Both the position numbers and the translations under genes were made by a program. A DNA stretch of 64,000 bases from Leptogorgia sarmentosa (lineage: Eukaryota), in contig OZ210885.1 in the NCBI GenBank assembly GCA_964658305.1, positions 18,786,001-18,850,000 of the forward strand, given 5' to 3'. Below the pieces are notes generated by a model that worked only from the letters and a program-made list of their open reading frames with translations, was not told the origin of the DNA and made no database searches. Of this stretch, positions 51,618 to 64,000 are shown one piece after another; the stretch's first letter is position 1, and the number at the start of each line of letters is the position of its first letter.

Positions 51618-51885
51618 GTGAAAAACTGTTAAATAGAATCGTCATTCTTTGGTTTGGCACAGTTTCGTTGAAATTCCGATTGCAAGATGTCCTCTAGATC
51701 TTCTGAAGACGAAAGTAAGTTTTGAATTGGTTTTTCGTTCATTTGCCGAAGCAAAGTTTTTTTATTACAGTGGAACTTGATCCTGTAGTTAAAACCATAC
51801 CTTTTCTTCAGTTGCTTGTGAGAAACCCTAGCCTATAGGAAATCCACAATATTGATTTTGTGTCTATATATTAATGTTCATGCAT

Positions 51886-52975
51886 TGTTGTGCCGTAGAT
51901 AAAAAATGAACTTTTTACTCATTTAGAAAACACAGAGGCGCCAAAGCCAACGGGTGGTGAAAGTAAGTTTAAAATATATACCTTTCCCTCAGTTGCTTGT
52001 AGAAAACCCTTGTCAAGTAAAGACAAGGACCAGGTTTTATATCAATTGTGATTAATAAAAAGAGTATGAACCATATGAAATTACACCAAATATTACAAGT
52101 ACATGTGTTCGATTCACACGTGCGAAAAGGTACGTTCTGCGCATGTCCGAGGCACGCTGTCCGCTGAATCGTACTTAACAATATGAATATAACTAATAAC
52201 TTATTGACACTCCGGGGCCGGGCGAAGTTCTTGTGCCCAAGTGGAAATCCTTTTCCTTGCCTCCAACGCTGCTGTTCTTTTCTGTCGTGGTGGGTTTGGA
52301 ATGGTAAGAGAATCAGACGTGCTGATGGGTTGTTTGGATTTTTCATCACTGCCATTTTGATTTTCTTGTTCAGTTCCTTTAGCGACAATTTCCAGCGGAT
52401 AGAGTTTTGTGATAGGTCTGTTCGTAGGTCAAGTTTTCGTACGAATGTTAGCGGCTCGAACAAGTCCATCATTTCCTTGAATGAGGCTTTCAACTATTGC
52501 CATCTTCCATGAACATCTGGGTTTGTCGTCGTGGACCAATACGATATCACCTACTCGGATGGTTTGATGATTGTTTCCGCTGGTTCTGTGGAATTCTCTG
52601 AGAGATGTAAGATACTCATGTCGCCAACGAGACCAAAACCGTTGTAGAACTGCTGCTTGCAATTTGTTTCGTTTTCTTATCTCAGAATCATCTCCATAGT
52701 CAGGATCCACCAACTCTTCTTCATCGATAGCTGGATAAGGAAGGGAAGTAATTCTTCTTCCATATAGAAGATGAGAGGGGGTGAGTGGTTTGTCATCTTG
52801 GATATCGCTTGAGACATATGTGAGTGGTCGATCGTTCAGAATTCCCTCTATTTCAACGGTTAGCATTTGTAGTTCGAGCAAAGTTATATATGCTCTCCCC
52901 AGCGACTTCTTCAGGGCGTTCTTTGATAGTCCTACAAGTCTTTCCCAAAAGCCTCCAAACCAAGAGGTGCGTTTG
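51886..52975 (-). mobile_element. Truncated BEL/Pao element E: integrase C-terminus plus probable 3' LTR (~51886-52209)
   Basis: WFGGFWERLVG, EGILNDRPLTY, LTPSHLL and WRHEYLTSLRE motifs; TGTCAA after a G-rich tract. The far end of the LTR is uncertain. Confidence 0.75.
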
Positions 52976-53980
52976 TTGCATTCTTATCTTCGGGAGTGGG
53001 GCTGGACGTTTTATTCCTATAAAAAAATATCGATAAACATATGTAGTGCGTAATAAGACGCCAAAGTTGCGTTATCTTATTTTTGATACACCCTGCATAT
53101 ATGTATCATGTATGTAAATCTTTTCTGTTATTGTCTCAGAATAAACCGAACACACAAAATTATATATTCACCAATTTATTAATCTTAAAAAAATTATTAT
53201 CCACATTCAATATAGTTTCATGTTATCCAAAATTAATTTATTTGGATTTCATTTAAAATGCTAAATGGTAAATATCTATACAGGTTCTGTTTGTTTTGGG
53301 ACATGATCGTCTTGTATGTGTTGTATGTAAAAAAGAAAAGAAAAGAAAAAGCAATCGTTTTTATCATTTACCTTTATAACTATAACTAGGAGTTACTATC
53401 GCAAGGAAATGTGCTGCTGTTGCGCTCAAACTTTATAATCCCGGCTGGGTTATAGAATACCTGTCCACTTTTGAAACAGTGACTTGTTATCATAATACGA
53501 TGATACGAAGTCAAAATGATCACGTAATGTAATGTATCCGAGTTTTTAAAAAGCCTGGGCAAGATACATTTTTTTGTAATACGATGACACAAAGTGTGAA
53601 ATTTACGGTGGCCCACAACTGTCACCCTACATATTTAGCATACATCAAATTAAAATATATTCGCATCAAATTCAAATTGCTCACATCAAATTCAAATTCA
53701 CTCACATCAAATTTAAATTTCTCACATCAAATTACGATTAGTTTACATCAAATGAAAATGAAATATATTCACGTCAAATTTAAACTGCTCACATCAATTA
53801 AACTGCTCAAATTAAAAATGATTTTTCAGTTTTCAAATAAAAATAAATAAAATTTGAAAATTCGAAGGTCAGTGCCAGTGGTGACTAATGCGTGTTTTGA
53901 AGTACTTGATCTTGCAGTTCATGACGTGGACCTCGTCCTCGTGCTTCTTCACCTTCTTGTCCTGTTGAGTGTTGACAGCC

Positions 53981-56900
53981 ATGTTTTGCCACAATTGTGG
54001 GTCTACGTTGTCCTCGCAGGGCAACTTTTGTCAAAATTGTGGCCAAGGTATGTTTTATTTTCGTGCAAATATGTAGTATGAAGGTCATCATCGAGCCACA
54101 CAGTCTTAAACACGGAAAAGTACATGTACTAGTTGTCTATTTCATATTTATATTTATTGTCTATTTCATTATTTTCATATGAATTTTACAAATTCAATAC
54201 TTGGAGCTTTTAATTCTTTTTAATTTTCAAAACGATCTTCTCTCAGCTAGGCTTACAGTAATTTTGCCCGGCCTTTTCTTAGTTTTTCCTGACGAGTGTA
54301 CCATTTCGAAAGATTGGAGGGAGGGGGGGGGGGGGTGAGACACCCCCCAAACCTCCACAGGATTTACGTCCCTGGTTGTTACACAATATCAACAGCACTG
54401 ATAAGAATAAAGAATTTATGTTTAGGGGCAATTCTCGCGTAACGTGTGTGACATTTAAACAACAATTTTTTCACTAATTAGGACTTTAAAATTTATCTAA
54501 ATTTCGGAATAAAATAAATGATAATATATTTATTAAGTCTTGAGTCAACTCTATCAACACAGGCAGGTGGTATAACTTTTTTGCAATCTTTCTTTAATAT
54601 ACTAATGGAATTTGCCATGTCACGTGTGTGACTCACAAAAATAGGGTTTTTGCAAAAGTACAAGCGACTTGACACATATTCAAAAGTCGATTTTCTAAAA
54701 AAATCAAGTTTTTCTAAAAATTAGTATTCACAAATGATTTTAGACATTTGTAGTCTAGGCTCATTTACAGAGAATCACCCTTAGGGTAAGAGTACATTGT
54801 GTAACAGCTTGTAACTTGTAGCACTGCATAACTGTGTCTATTTTTTAACCAAAATACTACACTAGAGTGATACAACGCATGCTTGGACTTCTAGAACATA
54901 TTCTGTGCCTGAGACCATTCCTACCAGTGAACCATCGAATTGATATATATATATATGCTCTATATGCAAATGATAGTACTTGATCAAGAATGACTTTCCA
55001 GTTTTTTACATTCTTGCCCTTGACATGACTACCATTTTGAATTTAGCCACAAACAAGTGGTCTAAAGTGCTTTTATTGATATTTGTATAAACAAGTAATA
55101 TATTGCATTATTTGCATAAAACAATGTCAAATAAAATTGTATGTTCTGATTAGTTACTACGCATATTTTTTTTTATGTACAGCAACAGCAAATAAGCAAA
55201 ACAAAGACGAATCAGTTGCTAAACGCGAACCATGTGTTGTTGATAAAGCAAAGAAGTCTATCAAATCTTTTCTCCAATATAAGAGTTCAAAGGGAAAAGA
55301 ATGGAATCTCAAAGTTAAAGGTGGAAAAACTAAACCCAGTAACAGTTCTAAAAGTGAACAGGATGTTCTTATTTTCATAAGACTTCTGGAATGGAATGAA
55401 AAAGAACGAATCCTTAAAATTAAGCGAGGAAAGAAAGTGGGCATGCATATATCAAACGCAGCAACCGAGGCTGTTCTTCGTGAAAAAGCAGAGGAGAAAT
55501 GGAAAGCCTACTATAGTAACTTGTACTACGCAGATCAAAATTACCTTCTTGTATATGAAGATGGCCAGATTGTTAATTTTCTACCTGGCACTAAGGAACC
55601 ATTCTCTTTAAAACGATATCACGAGGAGTCTGGTATTGATTATAACCGCATCAACTTGTGTCTATGCACTTCCGAAGACCATAACCGCATGCTCACGAAA
55701 GATTTTGAAAGTGATTCTGAAGATGAGTCCCCTCCACTCAAATGCACTAAACCTGACACTAACTCTGCATCAGATGTTGATATTCAGATTAAATTTGACG
55801 AAGATCTTGCCAGGCAACTGGAAAGTGATATTGAATGGGAAACTACGGCCAACGAAGATTGTGTCACTGAAGTATTACCACATGTGTTACCAATTAATGA
55901 AGAGGTGGTAATTGACGAACGCGATATGCAGATGAACGCCGATGTTGTGGAACAAGCAATAGCTGATGACGTCACTGACAAGAATTGTATTAACGAGCTC
56001 AGCAAAAGGGTTGATACAACAAGTCAGTTTTTCATAGTTGTCCGTAGAGGATCAAGTCTTTCAAGATGCCTCAGCTTATGGCAACATGAATCAAAGCGTA
56101 CCGAAGCTGACAAAACATTAAGGGTTCATTTTACCGGTGAGGATGGAATAGATAGCGGTGCCATGGCAAAAGAATTTCTTGCAAAAGCAATAACCGAAAT
56201 GGCAAACTCGATTTTCCCCGCTGGCAGCCCAGTTGATTCTACATATAATGTACAGAAAGGATATTTTCAAAGTTGCGGAGAGATAGTTGCAGTGAGCCTC
56301 ACCCAAGGAGGACCACCACCATGTTTCTTAAACGAATGTGTTTACAAGACAATGGTTTCCCCATGTGCCGATTTCAAAACTTTGGACGACAAGGATATTA
56401 CGCATGCTGAGACCATGTACGTGGATAACGTTTTAAGCGGCGTTCATGGTAATTCGTCAACCATTATAGACCACTGATACACCGGAAATGTGGATCAGGA
56501 GCACATTAGTGACATTCGCAGATCTATTATTGTCAGTATCGTCAGCAAGCGACAGTTATACTTGAGTCAGTTTATGAAAGGACTTGAACTTTATGGACTT
56601 GCTGAAATGCTGAAACAAAATCCTGGATCATTCAAGCAATATTTCGTGATAGGTCAAGCCGAACCAGTTCACGCCAACTTCTTATTCTCCCTCATGAAGC
56701 CACGCTATTCCGTTGATGGTTCGACTAGAAAGGAAATTGAGGAGGGTGTGATGGATTACTTTCAAGATTTCCTGAACTCGTTGGAAGATAGTAATGACAA
56801 GGTGTCAGGACATTGCGAGGCAGTATCGTGGAATTATTTTGAAACAGAAGAAAGTGCAGAGCTGTCTGCTCACCAAACAGATGAAGAGTTCCAGGCGGCT

Positions 56901-57016
56901 GAGATAACAGTTCCAGGGATGTTGGGTTGGCTCACTGGGCAACAACATCGACCAATAAATGGTGATTAATATTTATTACTGCCCTATCTAAAGGACAGGC
57001 GTTCTCAAAGCCATAG
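53981..57016 (+). pseudogene. Zn-ribbon + HECT-domain (G2E3-like) E3 ubiquitin ligase cargo; exons 53981-54047 and 55183-57016
   Basis: MFCHNCG..FCQNCGQ micro-exon splices in frame; VHFTGEDGIDSGAMAKEF and SLTQGGPPPCFL; TGA at 56475; the catalytic-Cys segment appears deleted near 56965. Confidence 0.8.
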
Positions 57017-57489
57017 TTTATAACGTACAGATGATACATACTGTGACTGATGTTGATATTTAGAATGTATTTTGAGACGGTGTCAAACAAACAAACACGA
57101 CGATGTTCCATAAAGACTTGAAAAGACCGTTTTAATAAAGGCAGAATGCTTTATGTTACGTTTTAGGGGCGTTACTCTCTTTCAACGATTGTGTCCATTG
57201 CTTATAAATCCGTGACTCATTTGGGACCGGTTGTTCAAAAGCGGGTTAGCTAAACCCTGGGTTATTCCAAAATTCAAGGGATTTTAGGAATAAAAATTTC
57301 TAAGAATAGAAAACGCCCCTAAAACGCGACTCATTTGAAATTTGTTTACTGTTCATTGTTTGGAAACTGTTTTAGCAACAATAAATTGTATGGTTCCATA
57401 GTCTTCAGTGCAGGAATGGCCATTGTGCATTGAATTGTATTGTTCAGTAACACAAAAACGAATAGATGTTGAGTGCATTTTCCCGCTGA

Positions 57490-59063
57490 CTAATCATACC
57501 CATTAGTTGCTACATCCATTAAAGTCCTGAATATGTTTAATGCTTCTTCCCAGTCTGCAGGATATGACAAAGGCAGATTAGATCTGGCATACTCGAAGTA
57601 TTCCTGATAGTCATTTCCCATTTCATCTTCAATTATTTGCTCTGTAGCAAATTCGATTTCTGCTGCTGGTAATTGAACTAAGTAATCTCTTGATCCCTGC
57701 AGCTGTGGCAAAAAGTAAAGAGAATCCGGTCGTCCAGATACAGTATCGTATCTCGATTTGCGAATCCTATGGGAATTTCAGTGCTCTTTGATAGACTCAA
57801 GCTCAGTCTGCAGTAACTTGTGGAAACAATACCATAAACATTCCATATTTAATTCGCAAGATGTGTCGACTATTCCCTGTGTTCCCAAGTCCTTAAAGAA
57901 ATTTCTCCACCATTGGCTGTGACTTCTTGCATAATATGCCCACCAACCTTCGATTCGTTGATTTCTCGGAGAAGGTACGTAGCGATGAGCCTCTGGATTA
58001 TCGCGAAAATATGCCTGTAGAGCAGCTGCGGTTCCATTTTCCGTTCCCAAATCGGTCACCAGTTGTACTGGACAGCCGCCTTGCTCTAAAACGGCTTCAG
58101 AATAAAAGGACGCGATTTGATTAGGTGAATTGTTGGAACGAGTTACGCGAAGCCACAAGATCCTTCTACTGTAGCCATCAATCGCTCCATGTACTGGGAA
58201 ACCCCAACATTTAAGTTTATCATAACCGTCAATGTGCCAGGAGTAATTCGGACCAGGATTGTGGTAAACCCTTCTTTTCAGGCGATGGCATTTCCGACGT
58301 TCTGCCCCTTCCGGATCCATTTCCTTCAATAAATCTTGAACAATCACCCTAGGCACGCGAATACCTCCAGCTCAAGTGTGTGCCATATCGCACGGTATCC
58401 CATAGCTGAGCCAGGTCCATCAACAAGTTCAACCATGCGCCTCTGCACTTGTAAAAAGGTGTTTTCAAACGAATCTTTGTTTGTAACGCCTCTTCTCATC
58501 AAACCATATTTCTTTAATCGCCAAAGAAGAGTACTATAACTTATAGTACATTGATGTCGCTGAGCCAGGAACATCAAAATTTCCTCGTAGGTGAAACCAC
58601 GAAAGAAATAATATTTCAAAATTTCTTCTTCGTTGTCTGCAAATGTCTCGTCATTCAAATCAGAATTGCTATCTGAATTATCCATGTTAACTCCTAAAAG
58701 AAACATTGACCGTTAACGTCCGTCTACAATCATTACAGATGATTGCAAAGGGGGATTTAAATGAAAGGTCACTTGGTGACATGAAATAAAAAAATACACG
58801 AATTACACATGGCAAACAGCAGCTGAACTCCGAACTTATAGCTATTGGATATAATGTGATGTAATACATAATATTATATTGTGCTTTAATGCTGAAATAC
58901 CTATAACTAAAGCCATGAATAATGAATACGATCTAGTGATTGACATTTAGTTCCATGTTATCAAAAGATTCATGTTATTTGGCTTCATAGTTACCTTGTC
59001 CACAGTCCTCACAATAGATCACATATTGTCCCCTAAGTCAATGCCACAATTGATGCAAAACAT
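57490..59063 (-). pseudogene. IS3EU-type DDE transposase; exons 59063-58995 and 58693-57490
   Basis: GYRAIW, GPNYSWHIDGYDKL, AIDGYSR, TDLGTEN and NQRIEGWW motifs; frameshifts and a stop at 57778. Confidence 0.88.
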
Positions 59064-59615
59064 ACCCTTTAAAACCTGAAAACTGTTGTAAATACCAGAA
59101 CCTTGCAATGAGCGAGACCACAAGTAAATCGTGTAATATATTGCCCAGTGATTTAGCCTTTGCGACTCCTTTCTCAACCACTTTATTATATAGCATGTGA
59201 ATGAATTTGAATTTGATGTGAGATTTGATGCGAGTGAATTTGAATTTGATGTGAGCAATTTGAATTTGATGTGAGCAATTTGAATTTGATGCGAGTGAAT
59301 TTGAATTTGATGTGAGCAATTTGAATTTGATGTGAATATATTTTAATTTGATGTATGCTAAATATGTAGGGTGACAGTTGTGGGCCACCATAGAAATTGA
59401 TATGCCCGATTATTCAGAAAGCAGCGTGTGACAGCCTTCGTTCTTTGTGTACGATCATACGAAGTGAAAATTATTACCGATTGAGTTTATCACATATATA
59501 TCTCGTTATTTAATCGCAAGCTCAACATAATAATTAAAAATGCGATTCAGTGTGCATATTGTGTTTATGTCCCGTTCTTTGAAAAGCAACAGCACGCCAG
59601 TTAGGATGAAGGTTT

Positions 59616-59678
59616 ACTGTTAGGGTTAGTGTTTACTATACTATTAGTAATAGCATAGTAAACACTAACCCTAACAGT
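59616..59678. repeat. Near-perfect hairpin (30-bp stem, 3-nt loop)
   Basis: ACTGTTAGGGTTAGTGTTTACTAT..ATAGTAAACACTAACCCTAACAGT with one mismatch. Confidence 0.9.
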
Positions 59679-61621
59679 CTATTAGGGCTAGCATTCTGAA
59701 CATTGCTTGCATCATTGATGTGTGATCGCCATAAATACCAAATTACCCAACCACAACGCATAAAACATTAGCACAATCTTGCATCTGTATGAAACGCTTT
59801 TGTAAAAACCCTTCGATTCTTGACGCACATGGAGATGCATGCCGCGTGCGCAATACAATATCTTGTTTACGTACTTCAAGCTTAATTATTCTGACCGCTC
59901 CCCTCTTTTAACAAACGTCCCTGAAGCCTAATTATGCCCCCGGATACGACAAACATCTTTATGGACAGACAGACACAAGATCTCGATCTCGGCAATACAT
60001 AACTCGCGCGAAAGACTGGGTCGAGTAGACTCTGGGGAAACCACCGCGTGTCAAGAATAGTGTGCTGCCTCGCTACACTCGGCAGCAGCTTTAATGCCGT
60101 TCCGCGTCTCGTTTGCTCGTAGTCGTATAGTCGTAGCCTGAAAATTGCATAAAAATCATGGCATAGTCTTATAGAGGATATTACAGGGTGGTGCGAAGAT
60201 ATGAAATTTATCTTCGAGTGGTAAAAACAATATTTTACAAAGTTATGGAAAATATCTCGCTGTGCATTTTTCGGTATCTCACTGTGTACTAATAATTCAC
60301 AATATCGTGCACTAACTAAACCAATCGAGATTCGAGAGATAATAAATCGAGTGATAATTATAATTGCGCGCGAGCAGTTATAATCGCGTTTCACGTCTCT
60401 TAGATTGTGTCGAGGAATTTGTGCCAGGCTAAAAATTGCATATTGTAATCTACAGACTATGTGCTTTCTAATGATATCTAATTCAAGTAAATACCAGCCG
60501 TTTCTCCTTGCAAAAATCATGGATATTTCACAATGTTGTGCACTAAATTAATCAAGTGATAATTATACTAGCGCGCAAGCAGTTATAATCGCGTTTCACT
60601 TCTCTTAGAATGTGTGGAGGAATTTGTGCCAGGCTAAAAATTGCATATCTGTAATCTACGGCTAGATGCTTTCTAGTGATATGTTATTCAAGTAAATACG
60701 GGCCGTTTGTCGGTGCGATCTTGGATCTTGTTTTCAAACAATATGTGCGGCGATTGACGTTTGTGAGGTGCAAGTGTTCGTGTTACCTGCAAGCGACGGC
60801 AGCACGCGGCTTCGAATCCTGTGGTAGCTTCACACCTTTCGTTTCTTGAGCTGTGGAAGGCAGCGGTGGATTTGTGTCATTCAAATTTGATGTATTCTCA
60901 AACTGTGTAGTGTGCGCCTTCTACTGATATTTTTTTTTAGGTGTGTAAGAGGCGTTTGTCTAACTGGAAAATGGATGTTTTTTTGGGTTACTTAACTATC
61001 GAGCGATGTTTTTTATAATCTGCGCCAGGCGTTTATTGGTATTTAGCATCTTTTTATAAATTCAGCAACGAATTTGTGCCAGGGTAAAAATTGCATACTT
61101 GTAATCTACGATCTTTTTGCTTTCCATTGATATGTTTTTCAAATAGATACGAGCCGTTTAGAGGCATGAAAATCGCGGATTTTTTAAGTGTGTCGAATAA
61201 TAGACCATAAATGCATAATTGATATTTTGAGGCTTGCGTTCTGTTGATGTTTTTTTCATTTCACGTTCCATATATTGGCTGTATCCGACTATAAATGACA
61301 TGGTGATGATCTATGAACTACGAGCTTTCTAATGATGTGTTTTTCAACGAGTATAAGTGCTTTTTATGTGTTAAATTAAGAAAAACATTTTCCCTGGTTC
61401 GGATTCACCATAAATTACGTTATAACTGGGGCTGAATGTCATACTGCATTCACGTTGGTTGTTTTTTATAAAAATGAATCCTGTGGTCAATCCTGTGGTA
61501 GCTTCACTCCAGTAAACATGCACTGGATAACCAATTTGCCCCAAAGAAGATATACTACCCATATACCATTCCTTGATAGCCAGGTTTATAATATACATAT
61601 AATTAACAATTATTGGATGAG

Positions 61622-61696
61622 GTTTTTGTGATATGCGGAATTATCAAGGCTGATAACGCTTACCGAGACCTTGATAATTCAGCATATCACAAAAAC
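61622..61696. repeat. Palindromic mini-element (28-bp stem), possibly a non-autonomous Crypton
   Basis: GTTTTTGTGATATGCGGAATTATCAAGG / CCTTGATAATTCAGCATATCACAAAAAC. Confidence 0.75.
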
Positions 61697-61851
61697 TGAA
61701 TTCAATTATACATTTGAAGAATAATAAACCAAGCATTAACGCATGAAAAACTTTATTTATGAAAACATAGGCACACCCAATAATACATCAATTAATTCAT
61801 AATAAAACAAGTTCAACAGTTAAACAAGACCCTATATTATTGTTAACCCAT

Positions 61852-63080
61852 TTAATTGTTAAAATATACATTGCAATTATAAAATGTATACTGTTTGGCA
61901 ACCTCTGTGTTGGTAGTCAAGTTCAGGTCTGTCAAAATATGCTGTTCTTGTGAAAGGGTCAATAGGGGAGACAAACTTGTTGCTGGCAATGCTGGTTCCG
62001 GTATCTGCTGCGGGTGATGTATCATGGATGGAAAGTCGCCGCCGCTGGTACCTGTAGTTGCAGATGTCAAGGTTTCTGAGATTCGCTTCTTTGTAGCTTC
62101 GTCCGTCTTGCTATAACTTCGGATGGAACTCTCGGAACGGTGGCCACAGACCGACATAATGTGGCGTGCCTCGAAACCTGATTTATCTAGGATTGTGACC
62201 GCGGTCGCCCGTATCGAATGGTTTGTGTACTGCTGTGATAAACCTGCCTGCTTGGATATGTTTTTCATCATGTCGCCTAGGTATCTTTCGCCGACGACCA
62301 TGTTGTCATACCAAACATCAGAATCTGCCGTCGTCTTTTTCTTTGGACGTTGAAACAAGAATTCATTCTTTGGGTTTAAATGCTGTAGATATTTCTCAAA
62401 AGACGCAACAGGACAGAATTGGCCTTCGGTTGCATACATCATCCCTCCTTGTTCGGCTTCGTCGTTTTCTCTGTGGTTTTTGGTTAACTCGTCAACAACT
62501 TTCGTCACAAACTTTTTCCCCGATGCATCGACCATAACAGAAAAGTGCGACTTCTTTAACTGGCGTAAGTTTTGATGTCCACGACGGCAAAAGCACAACA
62601 TGATTTCGAAAAACACTTTGTTCAAAAGGGTTTCGGGCTATCAGTGTTGAACACAGCACTTTCATAAAGCTTTTTAAGGTCTTCATTGGCTATCGGAGGC
62701 TTGTGTTGCACTTTTGCTAGTCCTTCTTTCTTCAGTTGAACACATTTGGCCGAGTAAACTTCGTTCGCTTCGTTGAATCCTTCATCATTAATAATATCAA
62801 AGCCTGTCACCGTTTTCAAATATCTTTTCAAACCGAATCGGATTGTTCTAAGGCTTCCCATACTGTAAGACGAACCATCCTTTTTTCGCGCTTCGACATA
62901 AAATTTCTTAAGAACTTGAGCAAGTTCCCTTTTTTCGGTCGGTTCTGCTATTCCTTTTTCATTCAGATATTTGTAAAATACTTCCTTGGCAACTTTATAC
63001 GTTCTTTTCGTGTTATCTACGTCTTTGTCTTCGAATAATTTTTGTATTTCGTCTTCTGAAAAGTTTGAAAATCTCTCCAT
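61852..63080 (-). pseudogene. Crypton tyrosine recombinase (DUF3504-like), one frameshift near 62625
   Basis: CRRG, TKNH, TNHSIRAT and GHRSESSIRSY, giving the catalytic R-K-HxxR-H-Y set. Confidence 0.9.
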
Positions 63081-63434
63081 TTCAGTGCTCAAAATTTTGC
63101 TTTGCTGGTTTCCCGTAGTTACACTTAGTTACACTTTGTTTTTCTTAGTGTTTTTCTTTGTATTGTTTATATTAAATAGATACCGCTTGCTAATCACCGC
63201 AGGCTCATTTTGCACATAATTAGTTTTATTATATACATACCGTAATATTCACCTCGGCAAATGACGAGATAAAACTCATCTACGACGCATTGCGTGATTG
63301 AGACGATGTTCCTCACATGTGAAAAAAATCGTCCGACCAATCAGAGATCGCAGACGATTTTTCTCACATGTGAAAAAACAGTATCGAATTTTCCTGACTA
63401 CCGGCGAACGCTTCGTTCGCTCAATCGCTCCGAA

Positions 63435-64000
63435 ATGGCTTCCCGCTTTGCAGACCTTGACATTTCTGTCGACGAATTCGTCGAACAACAAGAAAATGAA
63501 AACACAAAGAGAAAAACGGAACAAAACCTATCATTATTAAATCAGTTTCTTAGTAGCAAGAATGAAACCAGAAGCATTGAGGACATTCCTTCTGTGGAAT
63601 TAAACCTTTACCTGAGCGAGTTTATTATTAAGGTTCGTACAAAACAAAATAAGGATTACGAACGAAATTCTTTGCACGGTATGGTAGCCGGCTTCGAAAG
63701 ACATTTAAAAAAGAAAAACTATGGTTTAAGTATCATGAAAGATCTACAGTTTGAACAGACTCGAAAAGCTTTGGTTTCAAAACAAAAAGATTTAAAGCGA
63801 TAGGGAAAAGGAAATAAGCCGAATGCTTCGTCTGCTCTCAGCGAAGACGACATAGCTGTTTTGTATGAAAAAGACTTGCTGGGCACATCCAGTCCCGAGG
63901 CTTTACTGAACACTCTTTGGTTCAACAATACAATACACTTTGGATTACGTGGCTGTAAAGAGCATCGCGATATGAATTGCGGCGACGTGAAATTACATAA
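63435..64000 (+). pseudogene. Crypton tyrosine recombinase 2, N-terminal part (runs off the window)
   Basis: MASRFA..NENTKRKT..LSEFII..LKR*GKGNKPNA..HFGLRG.KEH; nonsense TAG at 63801. Confidence 0.88.

Larger units (their letters stand above)
53604..59392. mobile_element. IS3EU-type DNA transposon with two convergent genes
   Basis: TACGGTGGCCCACAAC / GTTGTGGGCCACCATA termini (TAY..RTA), TIRs of >100 bp with ~20-bp subrepeats, perfect 6-bp TSD GAAATT (53598-53603 / 59393-59398). Confidence 0.9.
60243..63236 (-). mobile_element. Crypton-type tyrosine recombinase element 1 (boundaries approximate)
   Basis: YR gene plus downstream modular repeats at 60340-61180; no TIR or TSD seen, as expected for Cryptons. 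Confidence 0.6.

Noticed and set aside
53075..53100. Tc1/mariner-like end (TTTTGATACACCCTG)
   Set aside because: Only one terminus was found, with no partner or transposase.
59882..60520. 212-aa ORF
   Set aside because: It spans junctions of unrelated repeats and has no recognisable motif.
61852..64000. Host KCTD1/QRICH1/ZMYM genes or a phage integrase
   Set aside because: These are intronless, disrupted, stand-alone YR domains, with catalytic residues retained in element 1, consistent with Cryptons.

Overview
Eukaryotic genomic DNA (spliceosomal introns; invertebrate metazoan, cnidarian-like by inference from the element repertoire). Nearly all of it is nested, mostly decayed mobile elements, and no host housekeeping gene is evident. 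The backbone of 1-44.2 kb is a degenerate Maverick/Polinton (virus-like DNA transposon) with an intron-containing protein-primed DNA polymerase B, a Fic-domain cargo gene, integrase-chromodomain, minor capsid, core-like protein, major capsid, adenain protease and packaging-ATPase remnants. Three BEL/Pao LTR retrotransposons (A, C, D) are inserted into it. BEL-A contains BEL-B, which contains an AcademX (XPG-type nuclease; itself holding a foldback-like element with inverted tandem arrays, plus MITEs) and an AcademH (RecQ-like helicase). Downstream lie a NOF/MULE-like transposase region with a PHD finger and a USP deubiquitinase domain, AcademH-type MITEs, a BEL fragment, an IS3EU-type transposon carrying a HECT E3-ligase gene, and two Crypton (tyrosine recombinase) elements. 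Boundaries, TSDs and splice sites were read by eye; family names come from motif recognition, not database searches.
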